Source of the DNA: Candidatus Zixiibacteriota bacterium
GTDB lineage: Bacteria > Zixibacteria > MSB-5A5 > GN15 > FEB-12
Direction of reading: 5' to 3'
Length of the DNA stretch: 64,000 bases
NCBI GenBank assembly: GCA_020348905.1
Contig: CP070756.1
Coordinates: 1,554,311 to 1,618,310, forward strand
Position numbers and translations under genes: made by a program
In this document: positions 36,286-46,256 of the stretch, one piece after another
Layout: each line of letters starts with the position of its first letter
Position numbering within the stretch: the first letter of the stretch is position 1
The notes under the pieces: model-generated
What the model was told of the DNA's origin: nothing
The model's database searches: none
Seen by the model: only the letters and a program-made list of their open reading frames with translations

Positions 36286-36822
36286 ATGAAACTACATGCC
36301 ACGACGATTGTAGGCCTGATCCACAATGGCCAGGCGGCACTGGCCGGTGACGGCCAGGTAACGTTCGATGAAACCGTTATGAAGACCAAAGCTGTAAAGA
36401 TCCGCAAGCTTTATGACGGTAAGATCCTGGCCGGCTTTGCCGGAACCGTTGCCGACGCCATGACGCTTTATGATTTACTCGACAAGAAAATCGATGAGCA
36501 CAGCGGCAATTTGCCGCGGGCGGCGGTCGAACTTGCCAAGGAGTGGCGGACCGATCGAAGCCTGCAGAGGTTGGAGGCAGTGATCGCGGTAACTGACAAA
36601 GAGCATATTTTTCTGATCAGTGGTAACGGGGAAGTGATTGAACCGGATGACGGCTTGATTTCTATCGGGTCGGGCGGTTCCTATGCCCTGGCTGCCGCCA
36701 GGGCCCTGATGTATGCCAATCCGAAACTTACCGCTGACAAGATCGTCACCAAGGCGCTGGAGATAGCCGCAGACATCTGTATCTATACTAACAAGAATAT
36801 CAAGGTGGAATCTCTCAAATGA
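36286..36822 (+). CDS. hslV: ATP-dependent protease subunit HslV
   Basis: N-terminal M-x3-TTIVG (Thr nucleophile), GFAGTVADA and [14 protein letters not shown]. Confidence 0.95.
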   Translation: MKLHATTIVGLIHNGQAALAGDGQVTFDETVMKTKAVKIRKLYDGKILAGFAGTVADAMTLYDLLDKKIDEHSGNLPRAAVELAKEWRTDRSLQRLEAVIAVTDKEHIFLISGNGEVIEPDDGLISIGSGGSYALAAARALMYANPKLTADKIVTKALEIAADICIYTNKNIKVESLK

Positions 36823-38168
36823 ATCGGAGCTACCTGAAACCGAAAGAAATCGTCGAGCACCTCGATAAGTATATTGTAGGTCAGGCCGAGGCCAAAAAAT
36901 CGGTTGCCATAGCCCTCCGTAACCGCTGGAGACGGCAAAATGCCCCCGAAGACATCCGCCAGGAGATAATGCCCAACAATATAATTATGATCGGTCCCAC
37001 CGGAGTCGGCAAGACAGAGATAGCTCGGCGACTGGCCGACCTCGCCGGCGCTCCGTTCTTAAAGGTGGAGGCGTCAAAATTCACCGAGGTTGGCTACGTG
37101 GGTCGCGATGTTGAGTCAATGGTGCGTGACCTGGTGGATATCGCCGCCAACATGGTCCGGGTGGAAAAGTCCAAAAGTCTGCACGCCAAGGCAGAAGAAA
37201 ACGCCAACGAAAGGCTTCTCGATTTGCTGCTGGGTCCGCCCCCCAGGACGAAGCCGACCGAAACGCCCGACTCCGAACAACTCGAATCGCTGGCCCGTAC
37301 GAGGGCTAAACTGCGGCAAAAACTGCTGGAGGGCAAGCTGGACGATCGTGAAGTTGAGTTGGAAGCTCCCCAGACGCAGTATCCGGTGGTCGAGATCTTT
37401 TCACCGATGGGCATGGAAGAGTTGGGTGTTAATTTCCAGGAGATGTTCTCCGGCCTGTTGCCCCAGAAAACCAAGCGTCGCAAAATGTCAGTCAAGGAAG
37501 CTCGCAAGTTTGTCTTCAACGAGGAGATGGGTAAGCTGGTGAACATGGATGATGTTGTTGCCGAGGCTCTGGAGAGAGTGCAGGAGTCGGGGATAATTTT
37601 TATCGACGAGCTCGACAAGATTGTGGGCGATGCTTCCCGGACAGGACCTGACGTCAGCCGCGAGGGTGTTCAACGTGATATTTTGCCTATCGTGGAGGGT
37701 TGTGGCGTGACAACCAAGTACGGCATGGTGCATACCGACCACATCCTTTTCATAGCCGCCGGCGCCTTCCATGCGGCCAAGCCGTCCGATCTAATCCCTG
37801 AACTTCAGGGACGATTTCCGATCCGGGTGGAGCTGGATTCGCTTACGGCTGAAGACTTCGAAAGAATCCTGACCGAGCCGCAAGCGTCGCTTGTCAAACA
37901 GTACAAGGCGCTTTTAAAAACTGAAGGGGTTGATCTGACTTTCTCGCCGGGTAGCATAAAGAAGATTGCGGGCTACGCGGAGAAAGTCAACCAGACCTCG
38001 GAAAACATAGGTGCCCGCCGTCTGCATACCGTGCTGACCACACTGCTCGAGGATATTCTCTTTGAACCGCCGGTTAGAAAGAAAAAGGTGGTGGTCAGTG
38101 AGCGGATGGTCTCGAAGAGTCTCGATAGAATCATCGAAAACGAAGACCTGAGCAAGTATATCTTGTAG
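36819..38168 (+). CDS. hslU: ATP-dependent protease ATPase subunit HslU
   Basis: [15 protein letters not shown], Walker [16 protein letters not shown], Walker [10 protein letters not shown] and a 4-nt overlap with hslV. Confidence 0.95.
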   Translation: MNRSYLKPKEIVEHLDKYIVGQAEAKKSVAIALRNRWRRQNAPEDIRQEIMPNNIIMIGPTGVGKTEIARRLADLAGAPFLKVEASKFTEVGYVGRDVESMVRDLVDIAANMVRVEKSKSLHAKAEENANERLLDLLLGPPPRTKPTETPDSEQLESLARTRAKLRQKLLEGKLDDREVELEAPQTQYPVVEIFSPMGMEELGVNFQEMFSGLLPQKTKRRKMSVKEARKFVFNEEMGKLVNMDDVVAEALERVQESGIIFIDELDKIVGDASRTGPDVSREGVQRDILPIVEGCGVTTKYGMVHTDHILFIAAGAFHAAKPSDLIPELQGRFPIRVELDSLTAEDFERILTEPQASLVKQYKALLKTEGVDLTFSPGSIKKIAGYAEKVNQTSENIGARRLHTVLTTLLEDILFEPPVRKKKVVVSERMVSKSLDRIIENEDLSKYIL

Positions 38169-38180
38169 CGGAGGGCCGTC

Positions 38181-38912
38181 CTAAGCGCCGTAGAACTTTA
38201 TGTCTCCGATGAAGCTGTTACAGGCAACATAGAGCTTCCTGGCAGACTCCTGGTAATTCGTGGTTTGTGAGTCAATGCTGTTGCCAAAGCCGCTGGCCCT
38301 CTTTCCCATTATTTCGATATCGCCAACGAAATTAGAGCAGTGGGCGAAAATTGGCATGTCGGCCGGAGTGAAAATTCTGATATCACCTATAAAGCTTGAA
38401 ATGATCAGTCGGTTTAAGCCATCCCCCAGGACGCCGCCGTTGAGCCTGATATCCAGGTCTCCAAATCCGGCCGATACCTCAACACTTTGCAGGTTGACGC
38501 CGGCACAGTCGATAAACATGTCGCCAAAGGTCTTGCTGTATTTCAGCTTGCCGGCCTCGTCGCTGCTGGGCGCATGGGTCATCCGAGGTTCTTCGTAATT
38601 ACGGGAGGTGTGTGAGCTTTCTGCCTGCGGGCCCTCGCCGGCGGTATCAGTATCATCGGCTGGTGGTTGCGACTCGGGGGGGTATTCAAATGTAGCCGAA
38701 GGCGGCGGAGGTGGTGGGGGAGGGGCATAACGATCGGCTTTGTCGGTTGACCTTCGTCGAAAAATGAGCCAAACGCCTATCAGAATGAGAGCCAGCGGAA
38801 AAACTACGTTGAAAAGATCTTCGACACAAAAGGCGCCGGTCGTCTCGCCGAGCAGGATAATTCCCAGTACAACTAAGACAATACCCCAGATTAGCTTGCT
38901 CCTCGGCTTCAT
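38181..38912 (-). CDS. LiaF-like (DUF2154-type) membrane protein with a proline-rich linker
   Basis: Two N-terminal TM segments, a PPPPPPPP linker and a C-terminal repetitive region (FIGDIRIF / FVGDIEIMG / FIGDIKFYG) like the LiaF C-domain. Confidence 0.5.
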   Translation of the reverse strand: MKPRSKLIWGIVLVVLGIILLGETTGAFCVEDLFNVVFPLALILIGVWLIFRRRSTDKADRYAPPPPPPPPSATFEYPPESQPPADDTDTAGEGPQAESSHTSRNYEEPRMTHAPSSDEAGKLKYSKTFGDMFIDCAGVNLQSVEVSAGFGDLDIRLNGGVLGDGLNRLIISSFIGDIRIFTPADMPIFAHCSNFVGDIEIMGKRASGFGNSIDSQTTNYQESARKLYVACNSFIGDIKFYGA

Positions 38913-39135
38913 CAGCAGTCAGTCCTTCCTGTAAAATCCATTATTAGAGTACGTAATATGACAATCATAGTTTCCGTTAGCAACTTTTAAATATTAATGT
39001 CTTAGAGACGAAAACCGGCAGCCTGAGACACGAAAAATCTCTTGGGCAGGCCACATGCTTCTTGACATTGTCAAAACAAAGCTCTTAATTCCACACGATT
39101 TTGGCTCGAACCAGTCATATAAATCAGGAGGAATC

Positions 39136-40047
39136 ATGCCACGTTCTTTGACACAAATAACGGATTTGACAGCCGCCGAAGTTAGCCGAGTTTTTGATCT
39201 CTGTGCTCAGATGAAAAGCCGCAAGATCGCACCCCGCCCTCTCGAAGGAAAATCGGTTGCCTGCATCTTTACCAAAGAGTCTTTGCGTACCAGGGTGTCA
39301 TTCGATGTAGGCGTGTTTGAACTTGGTGGACACCCCATGTACATTACCGACCGGGAGATAAAGCTGGGCGAACGCGAGTCGGTCGCTGACGCCGCCCGGG
39401 TCCTGTCGCGATACGTCGGGATGATAGTAATCCGCACCTTCAAGCAGTCCGATGTCGACGGTCTGGCCAAGTATGCCTCGGTTCCGGTCGTTAACGGACT
39501 GACCGATCTGGTACATCCCTGTCAGGTGCTTGGAGATTATTTCACCATGCTGGAACATCTCAAGCCCAGCGATCGCTATAAGATTGCCTATGTGGGTGAC
39601 GGTAACAACGTGACCAACAGCTGGCTTAACCTGGCTGCGCTTATTCCGCTTGACCTGAGAATAGGAACGGCTGCCGATACTCATCCCGACCCGGATATTA
39701 TTGGGCGCGCCAAGGCCAATCCCGACAGCAAGATTACGATTACCGACAGCCCGGATGAGGCCGTGGCCGAGGCCGACGTCGTTTACACCGATGTCTGGGC
39801 TTCGACGGGGTATAAGCATCTGGCGGAGGAAAAAGCGGCCAAGCTGCAAGAATATCAACTCAATTCCGCGCTGCTGAAGAAAGCGGCACCCCACGCTATC
39901 GTTTTGCACTGCCTGCCGGCCGAGCGGGGCAGGGAAATCACCGATGAAGTGATGGACGGTCCGCAGTCAGTCGTGTTCGATCAGGCCGAGAACCGACTTC
40001 ATATTCAGAAAGCCATCATGACGTTTTTACTCGAGCAGATGGATTGA
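39136..40047 (+). CDS. argF: Ornithine carbamoyltransferase-family transcarbamylase
   Basis: SLRTRVSF (canonical STRTR), HPCQ, DVWASTG (canonical DxxxSMG) and HCLPA. The ATG at 39136 follows AGGAGG. Confidence 0.8.
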   Translation: MPRSLTQITDLTAAEVSRVFDLCAQMKSRKIAPRPLEGKSVACIFTKESLRTRVSFDVGVFELGGHPMYITDREIKLGERESVADAARVLSRYVGMIVIRTFKQSDVDGLAKYASVPVVNGLTDLVHPCQVLGDYFTMLEHLKPSDRYKIAYVGDGNNVTNSWLNLAALIPLDLRIGTAADTHPDPDIIGRAKANPDSKITITDSPDEAVAEADVVYTDVWASTGYKHLAEEKAAKLQEYQLNSALLKKAAPHAIVLHCLPAERGREITDEVMDGPQSVVFDQAENRLHIQKAIMTFLLEQMD

Positions 40048-40161
40048 TGATTGCCATAGTTCAACCTGTCGATTTTGAGGCCCGGCTGTTTGGCCGGGCT
40101 TTTCTTTGCGCGTGCAACAGCGTCGTTGACATCGCCTCCGCAGGCCGTTACCATAGCTGTC

Positions 40162-40593
40162 ATGAAAGAAATCCTCAGATACTCGAATTGCTTTGTATGC
40201 GGCGATCAAAACCGTCACGGCCTCAAAGCAAAGTTCTTTTTCGATGGTGAAGAAGCTGTATCGGAAATTACCGCCGCCCCCGAATTCGAGGGTTATCGCG
40301 GAATCTATCACGGCGGCATAATCTCTTCGTTGCTTGACGAAGTTATGATCAAAGCCATCCTGGCTCAGGGCAAGTATGTCGTGACGGTTGAGCTGACGGT
40401 AAGATATCTTCTTCCCGTGATGGTCGGCGATAAGATTACCCTGAGCGGCAGAGTTGTCAGAAGTAAGGGACGGGTGACTTTTACCGAGGGCGAAGCCCGC
40501 GGGTCCAACGACCGGGTATACGCTACAGCCACGGCGAAGTACATCGAGGCGGCGCCTGAGATGAGAAAGCAGTTGATGCAGTCGGCGCAATAA
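40162..40593 (+). CDS. PaaI-family hotdog-fold thioesterase
   Basis: CFVCGDQNRHGLKAKF...GIYHGGIISSLLDEVM, typical of PaaI/4HBT-type thioesterases. Start set at the ATG at 40162. Confidence 0.7.
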   Translation: MKEILRYSNCFVCGDQNRHGLKAKFFFDGEEAVSEITAAPEFEGYRGIYHGGIISSLLDEVMIKAILAQGKYVVTVELTVRYLLPVMVGDKITLSGRVVRSKGRVTFTEGEARGSNDRVYATATAKYIEAAPEMRKQLMQSAQ

Positions 40594-40717
40594 AGTTATA
40601 ACCGATTTCAACATCTCTGTAATCGGCAGCGTCTTCGGGCTGTTCGGCGTCGCTACTGGCAATATAAGTTCCTATTATTCAATGTGTTAGCCACGACCGC
40701 GTTAGCCGGCACTATCC

Positions 40718-41248
40718 TTGCTTCGACTTCCAATTGTGAAGAAAGAAAAACCATCCTTGAAGTGCTATATTGCGGCTTTTGCCAACCGCCGGCTCGATCC
40801 GTTTCTGGAGTCAAACGGCTTCTCCAGGGGGATGGTTTGTTTTGCGATCCCGGCTTTCGGTATTATGTTTCGCTGTCGTACCGAGGGTAATATGATCGAT
40901 CTGGAATTCAGCGCCCTGTTCTCGCTGCTGGAATTTGTCAAATCAAAGCTCAAAGCGGAAAAAGTCGGTGCTGTACAAATCTACTCATCGAATCCCCAGC
41001 TGGTTTTTTCATTCGCGGAAAACTCGCCCCAGATGAAAAAGGGTACCGCCCGGCGGACGCTTTTGAACCAGTACGCCAAGGCCTTTCAAATCGCCGTGGG
41101 ATATGTCAAACCATCGGAGAATCGAGCCCTTGTTTCTCCAGCTGAGTACCCCTCGCTTCCATCTGACAGAACAATCGACCTGGATTACGATACCGTCGAT
41201 CTGAAAAAGATCGAGTTCAAGCCCTACCAGAAAGGTATCAAAATCTAA
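40718..41248 (+). CDS. Hypothetical protein
   Basis: 176-aa ORF with no recognised motif. Start uncertain: TTG at 40718 or GTG at 40736. Confidence 0.4.
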   Translation: MLRLPIVKKEKPSLKCYIAAFANRRLDPFLESNGFSRGMVCFAIPAFGIMFRCRTEGNMIDLEFSALFSLLEFVKSKLKAEKVGAVQIYSSNPQLVFSFAENSPQMKKGTARRTLLNQYAKAFQIAVGYVKPSENRALVSPAEYPSLPSDRTIDLDYDTVDLKKIEFKPYQKGIKI

Positions 41249-41365
41249 GTAGCCCGATCTCGGCGGGTCTTGACAAAAACCGGGCAAAAAGTCAGAGACA
41301 TTTTGCGCGATTTTATTATATTATGGGATACCGTTGCACCTTGATCCCGGAGGTACAAGAATCCC

Positions 41366-44077
41366 ATGACAAAATCCGCGCTTTTCTTCACAATGGTCTT
41401 ACTTATGGCACTGCCGGTCAGCGCCGATGACATTGGTCTTATCACAATCAAGAATGAGTATCAGGCACAGGTAGTTAGGGCCATCGTAGATCATGCTCTT
41501 GCCATGGTGGAGGATCGATTCCTGGCCCTCATAGATGACAACCGGGCTGCCTCGCTCACTCGAGCCGGCATTGAGTACGAGATTGTATTTGCCGATGCCG
41601 ATCCGGTATCCACCTTTTTGATCTATCCGCCCCGAAAGAAAGCGCAGCGCCCGGCGCTGCCGCCGGGACAGATAGAAATAGGGATGGGTTTGCGAATCTC
41701 CAGAGCCAGCGATCTGGCCTATGGGGCAGGCGAGGGGAAAATGGCCCGGCTGGCCGACCTGCGCGTGCCAATACGCCTCGCACCTGAGCCGATCGCCGGC
41801 ATTTTGAGTTTTTTCGACGAATTTCCTTCCGATTCTCTGGCGGACCTGGTCCTTCAGGATTCGGTTTATTTTTTCGATACGCGTCTGGAGGACTTCCGGA
41901 CTCGCTATGTGAACTCCGATTCAATCGATGCCGCCCGCGACTGGATGGTGCAGAAGTTTCTTGACTGGGGCTATACTGATGTAACCACTCCCAGCTTCAA
42001 CTACGAGGGTGGCTGGCACTACAACGTTATGGCGGTAAAGCCGGGTTGGGCGGAGCCGGACAAGGTGATTGTCGTCGGCGGTCACTATGACTCGATAACC
42101 TACGGTATCACCCCCGGCCCAATGGTCTATGCGCCGGGAGCCGATGACAACGCCTCCGGTACGACCGTTGTCCTGGAACTGGCTCGTATTCTGGCGGATA
42201 TCCCGCTGCGCAAGACGGTCATATTTATCGCCTTCTCAGCCGAAGAAATAGGCCTGGCCGGTTCCTATGAAGCGGCACATACTTTCTACGAGGATGAGAC
42301 GGACCTGGAAGTTATGTATAACTACGATATGGTGGCCCATGACCCCGAGGATGCCCGCCAGATTGACCTTTCCGCCGGCCGCAATACCGTTTACCGCTAC
42401 GTCGTTCAGGCAGCAGCCGAGCGCGTCACCACCCTGAGCTCGATGCTGACGGCGATGGGCTCCAGTTCTGACCATTACCCATTTTATGTGTATGGATTCA
42501 ATGTCGTCGACGCCATCGAAACCGACTTCAATTCGGATGGATGGCATACCGACCTCGACATCTCATCGCGGTTGAATTTTGAATACTTCACTGACGTTGT
42601 CAGGATGGCCGCGGCGAACCTGGGTGTTGTTGCCAACTCGGCTCACCCGACTATGATCGAGGCTCTCATTGATCGGGGTGACGGCCAGTCGGTGGAAATC
42701 TTCTGGTCCGACTGTGACCCTACCTATACCTACACGGTGCGCTATGGAACGGTGCCCGGCGTGCATCCAAATGCCGTCCCGGTTTCGCCGGGGGCGTGCT
42801 CATGGGTCGTAGACGGTCTGACGGAAGGTCTCACCTATTACTTTACCGTGGTTGGTGAGGTGGCGGATGCTTATCCGCCGGTATGGACGGAAGAGGAGAG
42901 CATCGTTTCATACGTGGTGCCGCGGCAACCCCAGAACCCGTGGGCGGAAGCGGGTCTTTTCCAGATTCACGTGGATTGGGATGACAACATGGAGGGTGAC
43001 CTGTCGCACTACCGGGTGTATCGGGATGATGGTACGGGGCAAGTGCTGTACCAGGACAACGTGACAGAGTCGGAGTTGCTTGATACCGATGTTGAGGGAC
43101 TGGTTGTATACACTTACCGGGTGGCGGCGGTAGACTTCGATTTGAATGAGTCGGTTTTGTCCGATGCCGTCAGTGCCATGCCATACACATTTGACCAGGG
43201 CATTTTACTGGTTGATGAAACTGCCGACGACTTCTATTTGCCGCCACAGGCCGAGCAGGAAGCGTTCTTCGACAGCATATTTGCGGAGATCCCGTATGGT
43301 CTGGACTTAGTGGCCGGAGCTATCGACACGCTGCCGCGCCAAACCGCCGGACCTTACTCGTCAATCTTCTGGCTCGACGATGACATCGGTCACAAAGACA
43401 TCGCATACAATGAAAATAACATCAACTGGTACTGCGGTTATCCGACCAGCACCCTCATAGCCGGATGGCAGACAATTAATCGCTGGACACCTTCTCCGCT
43501 TGACACTGATCATCTCCTTTACCAGCAATTCGGTCTGTCCGGCTATACCCAGAATGATGTCAATGACTTTGTCGGCGCGGTCGGACAAAACGGATGGCCG
43601 TCGTTGACTACCGACACCGACAACCTGTGGGGAGGTAAACTTCCGTTTATACCGGCACTTCAGCCGCTTCCGGGGGCAGAGGTCATATACACTTATGATT
43701 CGTTCAGCGACGATCCGAATTTTGAGGGAGAACCCTGCGGTCTGCTTTACGAGACGGCTAATGGCAAGCGCATAATCCTCGCTTTCCCGGTGTATTTCCT
43801 GACGCCATCTTCTTCGGAGGCGGTGATAGCCCGGGCAGCCGAGGAATTCGGAGAATACGCCAGCTATGTCTTCGGCGACGCCGACGGTTCAGGTGTCCTC
43901 GATATTCTGGACCTGGAGTACCTGATCAACTATTTCTATATGAGCGGTCCACCGCCCGTGAATATGAATGCTTCGGACGCTGACGGTTCCTGCCAGCTTG
44001 ATGTTCTGGATCTGGATTATCTGGTCGGCTATCTTTACCTTGGGGGACCGGCTCCGGTGGCAGGTTGTATCAACTGA
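41366..44077 (+). CDS. Secreted M28-family metallopeptidase with FN3-like modules and a C-terminal dockerin
   Basis: Signal peptide. M28 core (VGGHYDS, GADDNASGT, FSAEEIGLAGS, SDHYPF). C-terminal tandem Ca-binding repeats GDADGSGVLDILDLEYLINY / SDADGSCQLDVLDLDYLVGY. Confidence 0.8.
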   Translation: MTKSALFFTMVLLMALPVSADDIGLITIKNEYQAQVVRAIVDHALAMVEDRFLALIDDNRAASLTRAGIEYEIVFADADPVSTFLIYPPRKKAQRPALPPGQIEIGMGLRISRASDLAYGAGEGKMARLADLRVPIRLAPEPIAGILSFFDEFPSDSLADLVLQDSVYFFDTRLEDFRTRYVNSDSIDAARDWMVQKFLDWGYTDVTTPSFNYEGGWHYNVMAVKPGWAEPDKVIVVGGHYDSITYGITPGPMVYAPGADDNASGTTVVLELARILADIPLRKTVIFIAFSAEEIGLAGSYEAAHTFYEDETDLEVMYNYDMVAHDPEDARQIDLSAGRNTVYRYVVQAAAERVTTLSSMLTAMGSSSDHYPFYVYGFNVVDAIETDFNSDGWHTDLDISSRLNFEYFTDVVRMAAANLGVVANSAHPTMIEALIDRGDGQSVEIFWSDCDPTYTYTVRYGTVPGVHPNAVPVSPGACSWVVDGLTEGLTYYFTVVGEVADAYPPVWTEEESIVSYVVPRQPQNPWAEAGLFQIHVDWDDNMEGDLSHYRVYRDDGTGQVLYQDNVTESELLDTDVEGLVVYTYRVAAVDFDLNESVLSDAVSAMPYTFDQGILLVDETADDFYLPPQAEQEAFFDSIFAEIPYGLDLVAGAIDTLPRQTAGPYSSIFWLDDDIGHKDIAYNENNINWYCGYPTSTLIAGWQTINRWTPSPLDTDHLLYQQFGLSGYTQNDVNDFVGAVGQNGWPSLTTDTDNLWGGKLPFIPALQPLPGAEVIYTYDSFSDDPNFEGEPCGLLYETANGKRIILAFPVYFLTPSSSEAVIARAAEEFGEYASYVFGDADGSGVLDILDLEYLINYFYMSGPPPVNMNASDADGSCQLDVLDLDYLVGYLYLGGPAPVAGCIN

Positions 44078-44108
44078 CGGTCAGGTTGTCGTCTCGAAAA
44101 TTGTCCGC

Positions 44109-44138
44109 GGCGGGCCCATAGTAGCCCGCCGTTTTATT
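44109..44138 (+). terminator. Rho-independent terminator after the M28 peptidase gene
   Basis: GGCGGGC-ccatagta-GCCCGCC followed by GTTTTATTT. Confidence 0.65.
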
Positions 44139-44291
44139 TGGCTCGGGCCCCTGGTTCGTCAATCCACGACAGCAAATATTAGTTGAATCCATATTGCGGG
44201 CCGGATAGATTGAGAGAACCGGGCAGACCCGACACCGGACTGAGCCGGAATCGGCGATTCTACCGGTTCGGCCGCGCCAAATGACCGAACG

Positions 44292-44313
44292 AAAAAACGC
44301 CCCGTGGCGGGGC
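44292..44313 (-). terminator. Rho-independent terminator of rpsT
   Basis: The minus strand reads GCCCCG-cca-CGGGGC followed by GTTTTTTC, about 40 nt after the rpsT stop. Confidence 0.75.
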
Positions 44314-44353
44314 ATTTTCGGGCATTCATATCTTTAACGTGGAATGGAGAGGA

Positions 44354-44608
44354 CTAACCGAGTTGCTGTACGAATCGAGCCAGACGGGCCTTATTTCGGT
44401 CGGCGTTCTTCTTGTGAATCAAGCCATAAGCTACGGCTTTATCAAGCAACGACATGACCGAATTGTACTTAGCGACAGCCTCATCTTTGGCGGTCATGCT
44501 GCGCAATTCCCTGATGCTTGTACGCAACTGCGACCGGTAAGTCCGGTTGCGCAGCCGTTGCTGCTCGGAGGTCTTCATTCGCTTTTTACAGGACTTATGA
44601 TGCGGCAA
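44354..44608 (-). CDS. rpsT: 30S ribosomal protein S20
   Basis: 84-aa basic protein, MPHHKSCKKRMKTSEQQRLRNR...LDKAVAYGLIHKKNADRNKARL. Confidence 0.9.
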   Translation of the reverse strand: MPHHKSCKKRMKTSEQQRLRNRTYRSQLRTSIRELRSMTAKDEAVAKYNSVMSLLDKAVAYGLIHKKNADRNKARLARFVQQLG

Positions 44609-44678
44609 AATCTATCCTTTCAAAGGTTTCTAATTCACTCGACAGAATCAGACCGTAAAGATAAGCGGAAGATCAGAT

Positions 44679-46256
44679 TTGTCAATAAGTAACGTACACA
44701 AAAAGTCCCTGCTCGGTTCAGCCGGTATTGTCTCCGGAGCAACTGCTTTTTCACGCGTATTGGGACTTATCCGCGAGCAGGTTATGGCCTATTTCTTTGG
44801 CGCCGGGATGGCCACCGACGCCTTTCTTACGGCATTCAGGATTCCGAATCTGCTGAGGGACATGTTTGCCGAGGGGGCGCTCTCGGCGGCATTCGTACCT
44901 GTGTTCAAGGAGAAGATGGTCAAACAGGGCGACGCGGATGCCTTCAAGCTGGCCGATGTTGTAATAACGGCCATACTTGTGGTGGTCGGTATAATTGTAC
45001 TTCTGGGTATAATCGCCGCCCCGGCAATAGTTTACATTTCAGCGAACGGATTTACCGAGATCCCGGAAAAATTCGCTTTGACCGTCAGTTTGACCCGGGT
45101 GATGATGATCTACCTGCTGCTGGTATCGCTCTCGGCGCTGGTGATGGGAATGCTCAACTCGTTCGGGCGCTTTGGCGTCCCGGCTCTTTCACCGGCGCTA
45201 TTCAATTTGGGCATTATCGTGACGGTGGTGATTCTGTATCGCTTCTTTGATCAGCCGGTGTATACGCTGGCTTTAGGGGTGCTCATCGGGGGCGCCGGCC
45301 AACTGTTTATTCAGCTGCCAGCCCTGCTCAAAATAGGCTTCAGATTCAAACCGATTTTCAATTTTCTCGATGAAGGCCTCAAGCGGGTTGTCAATCTTCT
45401 CATGCCGATGATTGTGGGCCTATCGGCCGGACGGATCAACATCCTGGTCAACACACTTCTCGCTTCATTTTTGATGCAGGGCTCGATCTCCTTTTTGAGT
45501 TACGCCTACCGCCTGATGCACTTTCCGCTGGGGGTTTTTGCCGTGGCCCTCGGAACGGTGGCGCTGCCGACGGTGTCGGAAATGGTCGCCCGGCGAGACA
45601 TGGACGGTCTTAAGCGTACTTTCGACCAGGCTATCAGTCTGAACCTCTTTGTTGTCATTCCGTCAGCAGTCTTTCTGGCCGTGATGGGACGGGAAGTGGT
45701 AGAGTTGATTTATACCTGGGGTGCTTTTTCCGAAGCTCACGCCGCAAACACCAGTCTGGCCCTGCTGCACTACTCCTACGGTCTGGTGGGCTTCGCTGCG
45801 GTAAGAGTGACGGTACCATTCTACTACGCCTTCAATGATTCGAAACTGCCTATGAAGGCCTCGGTCGTATCGGTCGTGGTGAACATGGCCCTTTACTACC
45901 CGCTTATCAAGGTGCTCGATTTTGCCGGTCTGGCGGCTGCGACCTCCATCGCCGGCTTGCTTAATTTTGCCATTCTGTTATATTACCTTCCTTCCAGGGG
46001 AGTCAGTTTTTCGCTGGGACGTTTCGGCTTGAATGTCTTCAGGATCAGTCTGGCGTCGCTTCTGGCCTTTTATGCCGCCAAGCTGTTTCCTGTCAGTTTA
46101 TATAGGGGAGATCTCAAGGTGCTTTCAAGATTAGAAGGATTACTTCTGCCGTTTGTTGTTGCCGCCATTGTTTATCTTGCGTTGTGCGCGGTGATGGGTG
46201 TCCGGGAGGTAAGGGATATCTCCCGAAAGCTGTTTAGAAGAACAACCGGCGGTTAA
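44679..46256 (+). CDS. murJ: Lipid II flippase MurJ (MviN)
   Basis: SRVLGLIREQVMAYFFGAGMATDAFLTAFRIPNLLRDMFAEGALSAAFVPVF and about 14 TM segments. TTG start. Confidence 0.9.
   Translation: MSISNVHKKSLLGSAGIVSGATAFSRVLGLIREQVMAYFFGAGMATDAFLTAFRIPNLLRDMFAEGALSAAFVPVFKEKMVKQGDADAFKLADVVITAILVVVGIIVLLGIIAAPAIVYISANGFTEIPEKFALTVSLTRVMMIYLLLVSLSALVMGMLNSFGRFGVPALSPALFNLGIIVTVVILYRFFDQPVYTLALGVLIGGAGQLFIQLPALLKIGFRFKPIFNFLDEGLKRVVNLLMPMIVGLSAGRINILVNTLLASFLMQGSISFLSYAYRLMHFPLGVFAVALGTVALPTVSEMVARRDMDGLKRTFDQAISLNLFVVIPSAVFLAVMGREVVELIYTWGAFSEAHAANTSLALLHYSYGLVGFAAVRVTVPFYYAFNDSKLPMKASVVSVVVNMALYYPLIKVLDFAGLAAATSIAGLLNFAILLYYLPSRGVSFSLGRFGLNVFRISLASLLAFYAAKLFPVSLYRGDLKVLSRLEGLLLPFVVAAIVYLALCAVMGVREVRDISRKLFRRTTGG

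Noticed and set aside
38701-38726. G-rich run GGCGGCGGAGGTGGTGGGGGAGGGG on the + strand, considered as a G-quadruplex or simple repeat
   Set aside because: It is the antisense of the codons for the Pro8 linker (PPPPPPPP) of the LiaF-like protein, so coding explains it.
40718-41248. Hypothetical 176-aa protein, considered as a degenerate RNase H-like fold
   Set aside because: The resemblance is only a vague secondary-structure pattern. No DEDD residues or other motif are present, so it is not supportable without structure prediction.
44139-44290. GGTTCG-containing segment in the convergent spacer, checked as a tRNA or sRNA
   Set aside because: No acceptor or anticodon stems can be drawn. Only a weak 6-bp hairpin (GTTCGG/CCGAAC) is present, and the flanking terminators already explain the spacer.
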